This document shows, in pieces, positions 18,884 through 27,663 of a stretch of 64,000 nucleotides of DNA. The first letter of the stretch is position 1. Every line of letters begins with the position of its first letter. Below the pieces are notes generated by a model. It was not told the DNA's origin. It saw only the letters and a list, made by a program, of their open reading frames with translations, and searched no databases. Where the stretch lies: contig CAVSAC010000014.1 in the NCBI GenBank assembly GCA_963725865.1, positions 416,001 to 480,000 on the forward strand, given 5' to 3'. Source of the stretch: Candidatus Eiseniibacteriota bacterium. GTDB lineage: Bacteria; Eisenbacteria; RBG-16-71-46. Both the position numbers and the translations under genes were made by a program.

Positions 18884-20230
18884 CTAGCGGGTGTGGGCCG
18901 GCTCGCGGCCGACGGCGCGGGCGATGGCGGCGGGCAGCACGCTGCGATCGTGCTCCGCCAGCTCGTAGAGCACGCGCGTCGACGGCTTGCCGATGGTCAG
19001 CACGTGCCCGAGGTCGATCGGTGTCGCGACCAGCACCAGGTCGCACGGCGTCGCGTCGATGGTCGCCTTGAGCTCGGCCACCTGCTTGTCCCCGTAGCCC
19101 ATCGCCGGCAGCACCTGCGTGACGTGCGGGTACTTCTCGAACGTGGCCTTGATCGAGCCCCGCGCGTACGGCCGCGGATCCACGATCTCCGCCGCGCCCA
19201 GCTTGCGGGCGGCGACCAGGCCGGCACCATAGCGCATCTCGCCGTGCGTGAGCGTGGGGCCGTCCTCGATCACCAGCACGCGCTTGCCCTTCACCGCGCC
19301 GGGGTCGCTCACGGTGACCGGGGAGTCGGCGCGCAGCACGATCGCGCGCGGATTGAGCGCGCGGACGCTCCGCTCGACCTGCTCGACGTTGGCGGGCTCG
19401 GCGGTGTCGACCTTGTTCAGGATGACCAGGTCGGCCATCCGCACGTTGATCTCGCCGGGGTAGTAGCGCTGCTCGTGACCGGCGCGGTGCGGATCGGCGA
19501 CGACGATGTTCAGATCGGGCTGATAGAACGGCGTGTCGTTGTTGCCGCCGTCCCACAGCACCACGTCGGCCTCGGCCTCGGCGGCGCGCAGGATGCGCTC
19601 GTAGTCGACGCCAGCGAACACCACGTTGCCCATCGCGGTGTGCGGCTCGTACTCCTCGCGCTCCTCGATGGTGCACTTCTGGTCGTCCATGTCCTTCACC
19701 GACGCGAAGCGCTGCACCGCCTGCGCGGCGAGGTCGCCGTACGGCATCGGATGGCGCACGACCGCCACCTTGAGTCCCATCTCGCGCAGGATCTGCGTGA
19801 CGCGCCGCGAGGTCTGGCTCTTGCCGCAGCCGGTCCGCACGGCGCCGACCGCGATGACGGGCCTGGTGCTCTTCAGCATCGTCTGCGCCGGGCTGAGCAG
19901 GACGAACTCGCAACCCGCGGCGTTGGCGCGCGAGGCGGCGTGCATGATGTGGTCGTAGGAGACGTCGGAGTAGGCGAACGTCACCACGTTCGCGCGCAGG
20001 TCCCGGATCAGGTCCTCGAGCTGCTCCTCGGGATGGATCGGGATGCCCTGCGGGTACTGCGGGCCGGCGAGCACGGACGGGTACACGCGCCCGGCGATGT
20101 CGGGGATCTGATTGGCGGTGAAGGCGACCACCTCGACGCCGCTCTGATGCTTCCACCACACGTTGAAGTTGTGGAAGTCGCGGCCTGCCGCACCCATGAT
20201 GATCACGCGCTGCCGTTTCGGCTCGGTCAT
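18884..20230 (-). CDS. arcE: Arginine synthetase-like protein (cyclic 2,3-diphosphoglycerate synthetase-like P-loop family)
   Basis: GAAGRDFHNFN, AVRTGCGKSQT, RHPMPYG, CTIEEREEYEPH, WDGGNND, EDGPTLTHG, LPAMGY; co-oriented with rocD and argF. Confidence 0.8.
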   Translation of the reverse strand: MTEPKRQRVIIMGAAGRDFHNFNVWWKHQSGVEVVAFTANQIPDIAGRVYPSVLAGPQYPQGIPIHPEEQLEDLIRDLRANVVTFAYSDVSYDHIMHAASRANAAGCEFVLLSPAQTMLKSTRPVIAVGAVRTGCGKSQTSRRVTQILREMGLKVAVVRHPMPYGDLAAQAVQRFASVKDMDDQKCTIEEREEYEPHTAMGNVVFAGVDYERILRAAEAEADVVLWDGGNNDTPFYQPDLNIVVADPHRAGHEQRYYPGEINVRMADLVILNKVDTAEPANVEQVERSVRALNPRAIVLRADSPVTVSDPGAVKGKRVLVIEDGPTLTHGEMRYGAGLVAARKLGAAEIVDPRPYARGSIKATFEKYPHVTQVLPAMGYGDKQVAELKATIDATPCDLVLVATPIDLGHVLTIGKPSTRVLYELAEHDRSVLPAAIARAVGREPAHTR

Positions 20231-20367
20231 CGGACACCGTCCTTCGAGCGGCCCCTGTGGCTCGTCGATCTCTCTTCGGCCGGGCACCCGCGGCGCACTC
20301 CGCCTTCCCCGGAGGGCTCGCGACCCGACAGCCGGCTGATCGATCGAGGCATGGGGTCCACTTTGGT

Positions 20368-20420
20368 TGGCATCCTGCATGCCACCGCCCCCGCGCATCA
20401 ACGTCCCACGCAAGTGCTTG
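20368..20420 (-). promoter_or_regulatory. Candidate sigma54 promoter (palindromic) with adjacent IHF-like site
   Basis: Minus strand TGGCATGCAGGATGC (GG-N10-GC, 20384-20370) inside the palindrome TGGCAT-N5-ATGCCA; CAA-N4-TTG at 20411-20420. Confidence 0.5.
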
Positions 20421-20534
20421 CTCGGCAATGGCACGAGTGACCGCCGGGGCTGCCAGTCCAGCGCTCCCTGACCGCCGGCCCTGACAGGCCGTCAGGCGCG
20501 AGCCGGCCGGCCGCGGTCGCGCCCCACGACGCGC

Positions 20535-20562
20535 TCAAGTCCGGCGCGGCAGCTGCCGATGC
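20535..20562 (+). promoter_or_regulatory. sigma28-like promoter
   Basis: TCAAG-N15-GCCGATGC, about 55 nt before the GTG at 20619. Confidence 0.6.
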
Positions 20563-20618
20563 CAGTTGTCCACGCCCCCGTTCCTCGGACTCCCATCTCC
20601 CACCCATCGGAGGACATC

Positions 20619-21194
20619 GTGAAGGCATCACTGCGCCCATTCGTGGTCGCGATCGCGGCCACGTTGGCCCTGGCGTGTACGACGCGCGCCCGGGCCGCGA
20701 CTGCCTCGCCGGCTGCGCCGCTGCCCGCGCTCCATGCGGGCGAACCGGCACCGGATTTCAGCTACCGCTCGCACGACTATCGTTGGCTGTCGCTGCAGGA
20801 CCTGGTGGAGCAGGGCGACCTGCTGCTGGTGTTCGGCGCCGACGACGCCCTGCTGCTGCGGCTCGAGGACGAGCGCGCGGCGCTCATCACGAGCGGGGTG
20901 CTGCCGGTCGCGGTGCTGGACCGGCGCGACGACGAGGTGTGGAACACCGTGAATCGGCTGCAGCTCGGGTACAGCGTCATGAGCGACCCGAAGCGCACCG
21001 TGGCCGGGATGTACGGCGCCATCGACTCCGCGAGCGGGAAGACCGGCCGCGCGTGGTTCGTGATCGACCGTGCCGGCAAGGTGCGCGCCAGTGGGCACGA
21101 TGCCCCGCCCGCGTCGACGGGCTGGAGCACGCTCGCCAGCGACGCCCTGCGTCGTCCGGCGGCCGGGCAGGCGCGGAGCGCCAGCGCGCATTGA
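20619..21194 (+). CDS. Secreted AhpC/TSA (redoxin) fold protein lacking the catalytic Cys
   Basis: GGAGG RBS, signal peptide, GEPAPDF, LLLVF, SDPKRTVAGMYG, WFVIDRAGKVR; no CxxC or PxxxTxxC. Confidence 0.75.
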   Translation: MKASLRPFVVAIAATLALACTTRARAATASPAAPLPALHAGEPAPDFSYRSHDYRWLSLQDLVEQGDLLLVFGADDALLLRLEDERAALITSGVLPVAVLDRRDDEVWNTVNRLQLGYSVMSDPKRTVAGMYGAIDSASGKTGRAWFVIDRAGKVRASGHDAPPASTGWSTLASDALRRPAAGQARSASAH

Positions 21195-21209
21195 CGCGCG
21201 TCCCCGACG

Positions 21210-21245
21210 ACGACGCCCCGGCGGAGGGATCCGCCGGGGCGTCGT
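21210..21245 (+). terminator. 16-bp stem hairpin after the redoxin-like gene
   Basis: acgacgccccggcgga-ggga-tccgccggggcgtcgt. Confidence 0.65.
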
Positions 21246-21272
21246 GCATTCCTGCGGGCCGACCGCCCCGCG

Positions 21273-21491
21273 TCACGCCGCGGTGATGCGCAGCCCCAGC
21301 CTGGGGTCGACGGTGAACAGCGAGCCGACCAGTGGCTCCTTCAGGTGTACGGCTCCCGAGGGCGTCTTCTCGAACAGCAGGAACACCGCGGCCTGTGCGG
21401 TGGCGAGTGCGATGCCGATGAACGCCTCGAGCGGCACGCTGCACGCGCGACCACGCAGCCAGGCGAACAGCTCGGCGCCGATGAACGTCAT
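21273..21491 (-). pseudogene. Internal remnant of a metal ABC permease (ZnuB/MntB-like)
   Basis: TFIGAELFAWLRGRACSVPLEAFIGIALATAQAAVFLLFEKTPSGAVHLKEPLVGS aligns by eye with TLLGAALFSFLWDREHSVLQEAFIGISFALATAATLLLLSNAPHGAEHVSATLSGE of the intact permease at 24065..24961. Confidence 0.75.
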
Positions 21492-21701
21492 GCCGTGCAA
21501 CTCGTCGCGGCCGGCGTCGACGTGACCGTCATCCGCAGCGGGCTCGGCCACGTGCACCTCGACACCACGTTTCTCCAAGCCCAGGCCAACGCCGAGACCA
21601 AGCGCCGGGCGAGCGATCTCGTCGGCGGTCCCGCGCGATCCGTCCGACCGTCACGGTGGAAGCGCGACCCGGCATTGCTCGCCTGGCTCGACCCGCTGTG
21701 A
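21486..21701 (+). pseudogene. C-terminal remnant of a tyrosine recombinase (RIT/XerD-like)
   Basis: AVQLVAAGVDVTVIRSGLGHVHLDTTFLQAQANAETKRRA...RWKRDPALLAWLDPL resembles the box II and tail of RIT-type integrases; the catalytic Tyr appears lost. Confidence 0.75.
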
Positions 21702-21721
21702 GTTGGGGTCTGACGCCTGAC

Positions 21722-23929
21722 TTAGTGGAGCACGCCCGTCGAGACGGCGAGGCGGATGGTGCGTGGCGCCTGGGGATGCGTATGCACGTCGGCGATACCT
21801 TGCGGTGGCTCGCCACGAAGGCGAGACGTGTAGTAGTAGTCCACGTCGCTCACGGCACGATCGAGGAGATTGAACACTTCGAGCGCGACGGTCCAACGGC
21901 CACGCGCGCAGCAGCCGATCCGAGTGTTCAGAATCGTCGATGCGGTGGAGCGCACCGTGTTGTCCTCGATCAGAGGCCGCGGCCCGAAGTACCGCAGGCG
22001 CAGCTCGGCGAACTCGCCCGAGGGTTGCTGGTACTCGATGCCGACCGATGCAACTCCTTCCACGGCGCCCGGGATGCGATCACCGACCGGATCACTGTCC
22101 GTGAAGCGCGCTCGCGAGTACGCCAGATCGGCGTCCATGTGCACGCGGTCGACCAGTCGACACTCACCCGACAGCTCGATGCCGGTTCGACGGCTCGGAC
22201 GGCTCGGCTCGCTCGTGGCGGCGTCCCCTTGGAAGACTTGCTCCGAAGCGATGTCGAGCCCCCAGAGCGATGCGCTGGTCGACCAGCGGGATCCACCTGT
22301 GAGGCGCGCACCCACCTCGGCGCCTTTCGTGCGAATGAGCAATGCGCTGCGTTGGATCGGCGGCCCGCCCTGCACCGGGAAATGTTCGGGTGCCGGTTGA
22401 ACTCCCTGCGCGGGGCTGCTGCCGCCGGAACTGAAGCGCGCCCCACGCACGTCGTCCGAATGGAAGCCGTACCCGCCGTTCACGAAAAGGTCGAACCCGC
22501 CCCAGGGCCCGAGGATGAGCGAGGCCTTGGGAGACACGATACCGGTGACGTCCGAGCCCGAGAATGATTGATAGCTGGACGTCACGTTGAAGCGATAGAG
22601 ATCCGCCCGGGCCCCGAGGATCGTCCGCAGGAAAGACATCAACTGCGCATCGCTCTGCACGAAAGGCGACATGCTTTCCTCGGCGATCTGGTCTTCGCGA
22701 ACCGTGGCGAGCCGACGCCGTGCCGCGGTGTGGAAGATCCCCACGCTCGCGATGTTGTCACTGCGGACGTCCACGCCGATCATCTGCCGCACCTCGCGAT
22801 CGCGCGACCCGGTGATGCCCACATGCGAGAGATGAATCCCCGACACCACCCGTTGATCGGCCTGCTCGAACTGGTCCCCGTCGAGCGTGTCGTTCAGGAA
22901 GTAGGTGAAGTCCGAGAACAGGTCCAGCCGGTATGCGACGATGTAGGCGCTCGCCTTGGTGATGGACCCCGGCTCGACGTCATGGAACTCGGTCGAGAGG
23001 CTGTAGCGATACGACTGCCCGCCGTCCGTGGGGTCGATCGCGCCGAATCGGGAGACCTCGCCGGAGGCCACGGCCCGCTCCGGAATCTGGTCCGTCGAGT
23101 TCCACCGACCGTCGTAGCCCATCGCGGTGACGCTCAGGCCAAGCTCTGAGGCGCCGTTGTCATAGCGGATTAGCCCGTTGATCTTCCGGTACTCGTCCTG
23201 GTGCACCCACGGACCATCGTTCCGGATCAGCTCGATCGTGCCCAGCGCACTGCCGGATGCCAGCGGTGGCGACACAGCTACCAACGCCCGACGGTATCCT
23301 TCCCCTCCCAGCGTGAGCGAGACGATCGGGCTCGGCAGCATGTTCCGATAGGAGATATGGGCCGAGCCGGCGCTCGAGAAGTCCCCGTCCTCGACCGAGT
23401 ACGTGCCCTTTCGGTACTGAACCTCGCTCACCAGTTCGGGGATGACGAAGTTCAGATCGGTGTAGCCCTGCCCGTGGGCATGCGTGGGCATGTTCACCGG
23501 CACACCCTCGATCGTCGTCGCGAAGTCGGTGCCGTGGTCGAGGTTGAAGCCGCGCAGGTAGTACTGGTTCGCCTTGCCCTCGCCGCTGTGCTGGCTGATG
23601 AGCACGCCGGGGATGCTCTCGAGCACATCCCCGGCTCGGAGCAACGGTCGGAGCGCAAGCTGCTTCGGCGTCACGACACCCTGCGACGCGGCCGACCGCC
23701 GTGCGAGCGAGTCCTCGCACGAACCAAACACGTCGATCGGCGGAAGCGCGTACACACGAGTGCTGTCGGGCCCTGTCTGCTTTGCGCGCGTATCACCCGG
23801 CGCACCAGCCACGCTCCCGGCTCGGGCAGCGGGCGCGCTTGCGAGGAGACAGCTGGTCGAGACCGCCAGCAGGACCGCTATGCCCTGACCACAACCGATA
23901 GGTACGACACGCCGAGGCCCGGTGGTCAC
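21722..23929 (-). CDS. TonB-dependent receptor
   Basis: Signal peptide, plug region LESIPGVLISQHSGEGKANQYYLRGFNLDHGTDF, barrel ending LEVFNLLD...HTHPQAPRT; C-terminus (GVLH) lacks the usual aromatic residue. Confidence 0.9.
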   Translation of the reverse strand: MTTGPRRVVPIGCGQGIAVLLAVSTSCLLASAPAARAGSVAGAPGDTRAKQTGPDSTRVYALPPIDVFGSCEDSLARRSAASQGVVTPKQLALRPLLRAGDVLESIPGVLISQHSGEGKANQYYLRGFNLDHGTDFATTIEGVPVNMPTHAHGQGYTDLNFVIPELVSEVQYRKGTYSVEDGDFSSAGSAHISYRNMLPSPIVSLTLGGEGYRRALVAVSPPLASGSALGTIELIRNDGPWVHQDEYRKINGLIRYDNGASELGLSVTAMGYDGRWNSTDQIPERAVASGEVSRFGAIDPTDGGQSYRYSLSTEFHDVEPGSITKASAYIVAYRLDLFSDFTYFLNDTLDGDQFEQADQRVVSGIHLSHVGITGSRDREVRQMIGVDVRSDNIASVGIFHTAARRRLATVREDQIAEESMSPFVQSDAQLMSFLRTILGARADLYRFNVTSSYQSFSGSDVTGIVSPKASLILGPWGGFDLFVNGGYGFHSDDVRGARFSSGGSSPAQGVQPAPEHFPVQGGPPIQRSALLIRTKGAEVGARLTGGSRWSTSASLWGLDIASEQVFQGDAATSEPSRPSRRTGIELSGECRLVDRVHMDADLAYSRARFTDSDPVGDRIPGAVEGVASVGIEYQQPSGEFAELRLRYFGPRPLIEDNTVRSTASTILNTRIGCCARGRWTVALEVFNLLDRAVSDVDYYYTSRLRGEPPQGIADVHTHPQAPRTIRLAVSTGVLH

Positions 23930-24064
23930 GTGATGAACCCTCTTACGCCCAAGGTCCGAATGGTGGCGCGCAACGCCTGGCCCCCGATCGCGGACGGTGC
24001 GTCGGCGCTCAGGGTGACGAAACGAACCTGCCCAGGAGGCTCCCGAGTAAGCCGCCGGACGCGC

Positions 24065-24961
24065 TCATGGATGGACCGTGTCGGCGGCGTTCTCCTCCGA
24101 TCCGAACCCCGGCACTTCGGCACGCGTGCCGTTCAGCTTGTCGTCGACGTACTTCATGCGGACCGAGAGCGAGACGATGGCCACCGTCACGCCGAACAGG
24201 ACCACGATGGTGGCTCCCATCGGCCAGTCCCTGAGGTAGGAGAACACCGCGCCCAGGATGGAGACCACGAACGCGATGGCCCAGGCCCAGTAGAGCTGGA
24301 CCCGGCCGTGCCGGCCCAGAAGCTTCGAGCAGACCACGGGGACGATCAGATAGGAGAACACCGCCAGCACGCCCGACACCTTCACCGAACTCGTGACGAC
24401 GAGCCCGAACGACGCGTAGAAGAAGAAGTCCCATTTCTTCACCGACAGTCCCATCGCGCGCGCTTTCTTGGGATTCTCGGAACACAGGATGAGCTTGCGG
24501 CGGTTGAAGAACAGGAACGCACCGACGAGCACGTACAGCGTCGCCATGATCGTGATGTCTTTCCACGTCACCCAGCCGAGCGCCTCTCCGCTCAGGGTCG
24601 CGCTGACGTGCTCCGCTCCGTGAGGAGCGTTCGACAGCAGCAGCAACGTGGCCGCCGTCGCCAGCGCGAAGGAGATCCCGATGAACGCCTCCTGCAGCAC
24701 CGAGTGTTCGCGGTCCCACAGGAAGCTGAAGAGTGCGGCGCCCAGCAGCGTGAAGCCGAAGGACCAGAAGTACATGCTGGGGTCGTGCGGCTGCGCCCCC
24801 AGCAGGTACGCAACGCTCTGACCCAGCGCGGCGATCTGCGCCAGCGCGAGGTCCACGAAGATCACCCCCCGGGCCAGCACGTGCTGGCCCAGGGCGGGGT
24901 GGATCAGGACGAGAAGCAGGCACGCCAGCAGCGGCAGTGCCATGACCATGAAGAAGTTCAC
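24065..24961 (-). CDS. Metal ABC transporter permease (ZnuB/MntB family)
   Basis: GQHVLARGVIFVDLALAQIAALG, VKVSGVLAVFSYLIVP, multiple TM segments. Confidence 0.9.
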   Translation of the reverse strand: MNFFMVMALPLLACLLLVLIHPALGQHVLARGVIFVDLALAQIAALGQSVAYLLGAQPHDPSMYFWSFGFTLLGAALFSFLWDREHSVLQEAFIGISFALATAATLLLLSNAPHGAEHVSATLSGEALGWVTWKDITIMATLYVLVGAFLFFNRRKLILCSENPKKARAMGLSVKKWDFFFYASFGLVVTSSVKVSGVLAVFSYLIVPVVCSKLLGRHGRVQLYWAWAIAFVVSILGAVFSYLRDWPMGATIVVLFGVTVAIVSLSVRMKYVDDKLNGTRAEVPGFGSEENAADTVHP

Positions 24962-24970
24962 TTCTGCCCC

Positions 24971-25888
24971 CTATCTTCCGGATAGCGCCTTGGCCATCGA
25001 CGACACCAGGACGTCGAACTTGGTGAAGACGTCGTTCGTTCCGGGCACGCCGCCCACTTCGGTCGCGACCTCCACGGCGGTCCCGCCGGCCCGCTTGGCC
25101 ACCTCGTTGCTGGCGTCCGCGCTGTAGTACGGCTGATACACGATCACCTTGACGCCCGCCTTCTTCATCGCCTCGGCCAGCTCGGTGATGTGTCGCGGGC
25201 TGGGCGGGATGCCGGGCTTGGGCTCGACGGTGCCGAAGAGCTTCAGCCCGAAGCGATCGGCGAAGTAGTCGAAGTTCCGGTGATACGGCACGACCGACGC
25301 CCCCTTGTACGGCGCCAGCTCCTTCTCCCACTTCGCCAGCGATGCCTCCATCCTTTCGTCGAAGGCCTTGGCGTTCGCGGCGTACTCCGCCGCGTTCGCA
25401 GGGTCCAGCTGAGAGAAGACGTCCGCCAGGTGGTTGGCCACCACCTCGAGGTTCTTCGGATCGGCGTAGTAGTGCGGATTCCCGAGCGGGTGGATGTCCC
25501 CCTCCGCCCGGCTGACCGTGCCCACCGGCTTCTCGAGCACGTCGATCCCTTGTGAGGCGTCCACGAAGCCCTTTGTGCCCGGCTGGATCTTGGGATTGCG
25601 GCTGCCGGGAAGGACCAGCGGCAGCCAACCGCCGTCCAGTTCCAGGCCGGTCGACACGAACACGTTCGCGTTCTGGATCGCCTTCATCAGGCTGGGCTTC
25701 GCCGGAACAAAGTGCGGATCCTCGTACCCCCGGCAGAGGCTCTGGGCCGTCACGTGCCTTCCACCCACGAACTGGGCGACGGAAGCGAGATCGGTCAACG
25801 ACGTGGCGACCTTCAGGTCCGCGAGCGCAGGTGCCGCGGCCAGCAGGCCCAGCACCGTTACAACCGCGCAACGAAGCAGCGACTTCAT
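24971..25888 (-). CDS. Metal ABC transporter substrate-binding protein (ZnuA/TroA family)
   Basis: Signal peptide, DPHFVPAKPS, GDIHPLGNPHY, YHRNFDYF, EPKPGIPP; RBS GGAGG. Confidence 0.92.
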   Translation of the reverse strand: MKSLLRCAVVTVLGLLAAAPALADLKVATSLTDLASVAQFVGGRHVTAQSLCRGYEDPHFVPAKPSLMKAIQNANVFVSTGLELDGGWLPLVLPGSRNPKIQPGTKGFVDASQGIDVLEKPVGTVSRAEGDIHPLGNPHYYADPKNLEVVANHLADVFSQLDPANAAEYAANAKAFDERMEASLAKWEKELAPYKGASVVPYHRNFDYFADRFGLKLFGTVEPKPGIPPSPRHITELAEAMKKAGVKVIVYQPYYSADASNEVAKRAGGTAVEVATEVGGVPGTNDVFTKFDVLVSSMAKALSGR

Positions 25889-25949
25889 GAAGTTCCTCCG
25901 ATTCTTGAGTGTCATTGGCAGCACCATCCGTCGTGCGCGGGTCGTCGTC

Positions 25950-27050
25950 TCAGTACGCATGGGCCGGGTGATAACCGATCGTGTAGCTCATCTGGATCAT
26001 GATCCGGTCGTCGCTGGGCTTGATCCCGTTGCCGCCGTCCGCCTGGGCGTGGCTGTACTCGAGTCGGACGAACGAGAACTCCGAAGGCGTCCACGCGAGG
26101 TTGGCCGAGAAGCGGTTCACCTTGCCGGCGATCGGACTGCCGGCGCCGTCGACCAGGAAGTCCGTGAAGCTGTTGCGGGCCTGCTCGGCGCGGATGCCGG
26201 TCCACCAGACCTGTGAAGCGCGATACTGGAACGAGAGGTACCCGCCGTCGCCTTCCCGCGCGTAGTTGCCTTCGGCCGACGAGCCCTTCTGGAGGTATTC
26301 GCTCTGGAGGATCCATCCGCGCCGGTTCGAGTTCCTCGCAGGGACGTTTCGAAGCGTCACGTCGGCGCCATAGGCCGCATGCCGGGCACCATCAGTTCCG
26401 CGACCCTGCAGGATGGACTGACCGAGCTCCATCGTCGTTGCGTCGTTCACGTCAAACTGGTTCTTGAAGTGCCCCAGGTACGGCACGTTGTCGTGCCGGG
26501 TGGACCCGAAGTCGAGCGGGTGGTCGTCATCGGTGGCGATGGCCTCGTAGACGCCTCCCGTCAGCTCGGAGAACCAGGGCAGTGGCGTGAGCCACGAGGC
26601 TTCCGCACCGGCATCCTTGAACCCTTCCCCGCCGATGGTGTTTTCCATGACGATCGGACCCTGGATGAACGGAAACGCGTGGGTGTGGAGCAGCCCGTGC
26701 TTTCCGAACGTGCCGCGGATCTTCCCGAGCTTCAGCTGGATGCCGGGGATGTTGGTGCTGCGGACCCAGACTTCCTCGGGGTCCACCGTCCCGTCCCCCA
26801 CGAAGACGATGTTGCTCACGAAGGTCCAGTACGGATCCACAACGGAGATGAGGCTGATCTCCGCCTCGTCGAAATGCAGCCCGTAGGGTTGGTTGATGTT
26901 GCGGGCGGCCTGCCCGGAGAAGAGGGCGTTCATCCCCATCGCCGGGTTTGCCAGGTTCGAAAACATCGATGACGTCTGGGCAGTCGCGAGCGCTGGAACG
27001 CAGGCCAGCACGACGACCAGGCAGGCAAGCATGCGAAGTCTCATGCGCAC
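25950..27050 (-). CDS. Outer-membrane beta-barrel of the metal-uptake-associated porin family
   Basis: Signal peptide, EAEISLISVVDPY, GKIRGTFGKHGLLHTH, PSEFSFVRLEY, C-terminal IGYHPAHAY; alternative start ATG at 27044. Confidence 0.8.
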   Translation of the reverse strand: MRMRLRMLACLVVVLACVPALATAQTSSMFSNLANPAMGMNALFSGQAARNINQPYGLHFDEAEISLISVVDPYWTFVSNIVFVGDGTVDPEEVWVRSTNIPGIQLKLGKIRGTFGKHGLLHTHAFPFIQGPIVMENTIGGEGFKDAGAEASWLTPLPWFSELTGGVYEAIATDDDHPLDFGSTRHDNVPYLGHFKNQFDVNDATTMELGQSILQGRGTDGARHAAYGADVTLRNVPARNSNRRGWILQSEYLQKGSSAEGNYAREGDGGYLSFQYRASQVWWTGIRAEQARNSFTDFLVDGAGSPIAGKVNRFSANLAWTPSEFSFVRLEYSHAQADGGNGIKPSDDRIMIQMSYTIGYHPAHAY

Positions 27051-27553
27051 TGTTCCTCCTGAGAGTAGGAAGGACGAAGCGGTCCCGCTGCGTCCTGGAT
27101 TCCGTTCACGGTCATGCGAAGGAAGGCCGGGGAGATCTCGGGCATTGACGCCGAGTTCCCCAGCCTTCTTGAGATAATGTGCTGCTGCTCATAATGCGTG
27201 GGATTCAGCTTGCCGAACCCCACGCGGTACTTGCCGCCCTTGAGCGCGAGGCTGGCCGGCAGGCCGCGGTTCATCTGGAAGAATCCCTCTTCGAGCGTCA
27301 TCCCGTCGGCGCCGAGCGAGCCGACGAACGTCCCCCGCGCGTACGGATTCAGCGCGGCGTCGAACACGAACTCGGTCTCGCCGGCGTCGAGCGTCGCGCG
27401 CTTGCTCGCCGGGTCGCCGGCGGCGTCGGTCCAGCGCGCGAGTGGCTGGCCGATCACCGAGATGTCGGGGTTGACCACGCCGGCGCGCGCGGTCGCGGCG
27501 AGCGCCGCGCCCAGCGCCATCGTGGCGATGAGTCTGAACAGTCGTCGAAGCAT
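27041..27553 (-). pseudogene. Truncated resident paralogue of the same porin family (homology ends near 27194)
   Basis: Signal peptide, NPDISVIG, ETEFVFDAALNPY, LEEGF, GKYRVGFGKLNPTH, then about 50 unrelated residues read through AT-richer DNA to a stop overlapping the ATG at 27044. Confidence 0.75.
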
Positions 27554-27663
27554 GGAGCCGCCTCCGTCGGAAACGGATGTCGGACCGCCGGCGTCGCCCG
27601 GTGGGGGACGCGCGGAGTCGTGAACGCGGAGTGGAGACCGCGGCGCGGGCCGCGGCGGAGCGT

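Larger units (their letters stand above)
21492..27193. mobile_element. Lower-GC inserted metal-uptake cassette
   Basis: Visibly more A/T-rich than the flanks; bounded by an integrase remnant and by broken resident paralogues on both sides. Confidence 0.65.

Noticed and set aside
20619..21194. Selenocysteine-containing peroxiredoxin
   Set aside because: No in-frame TGA; the active-site segment is simply absent.
23930..24064. Possible cobalamin or metal riboswitch before the TonB receptor
   Set aside because: No B12 box or other conserved motif visible.
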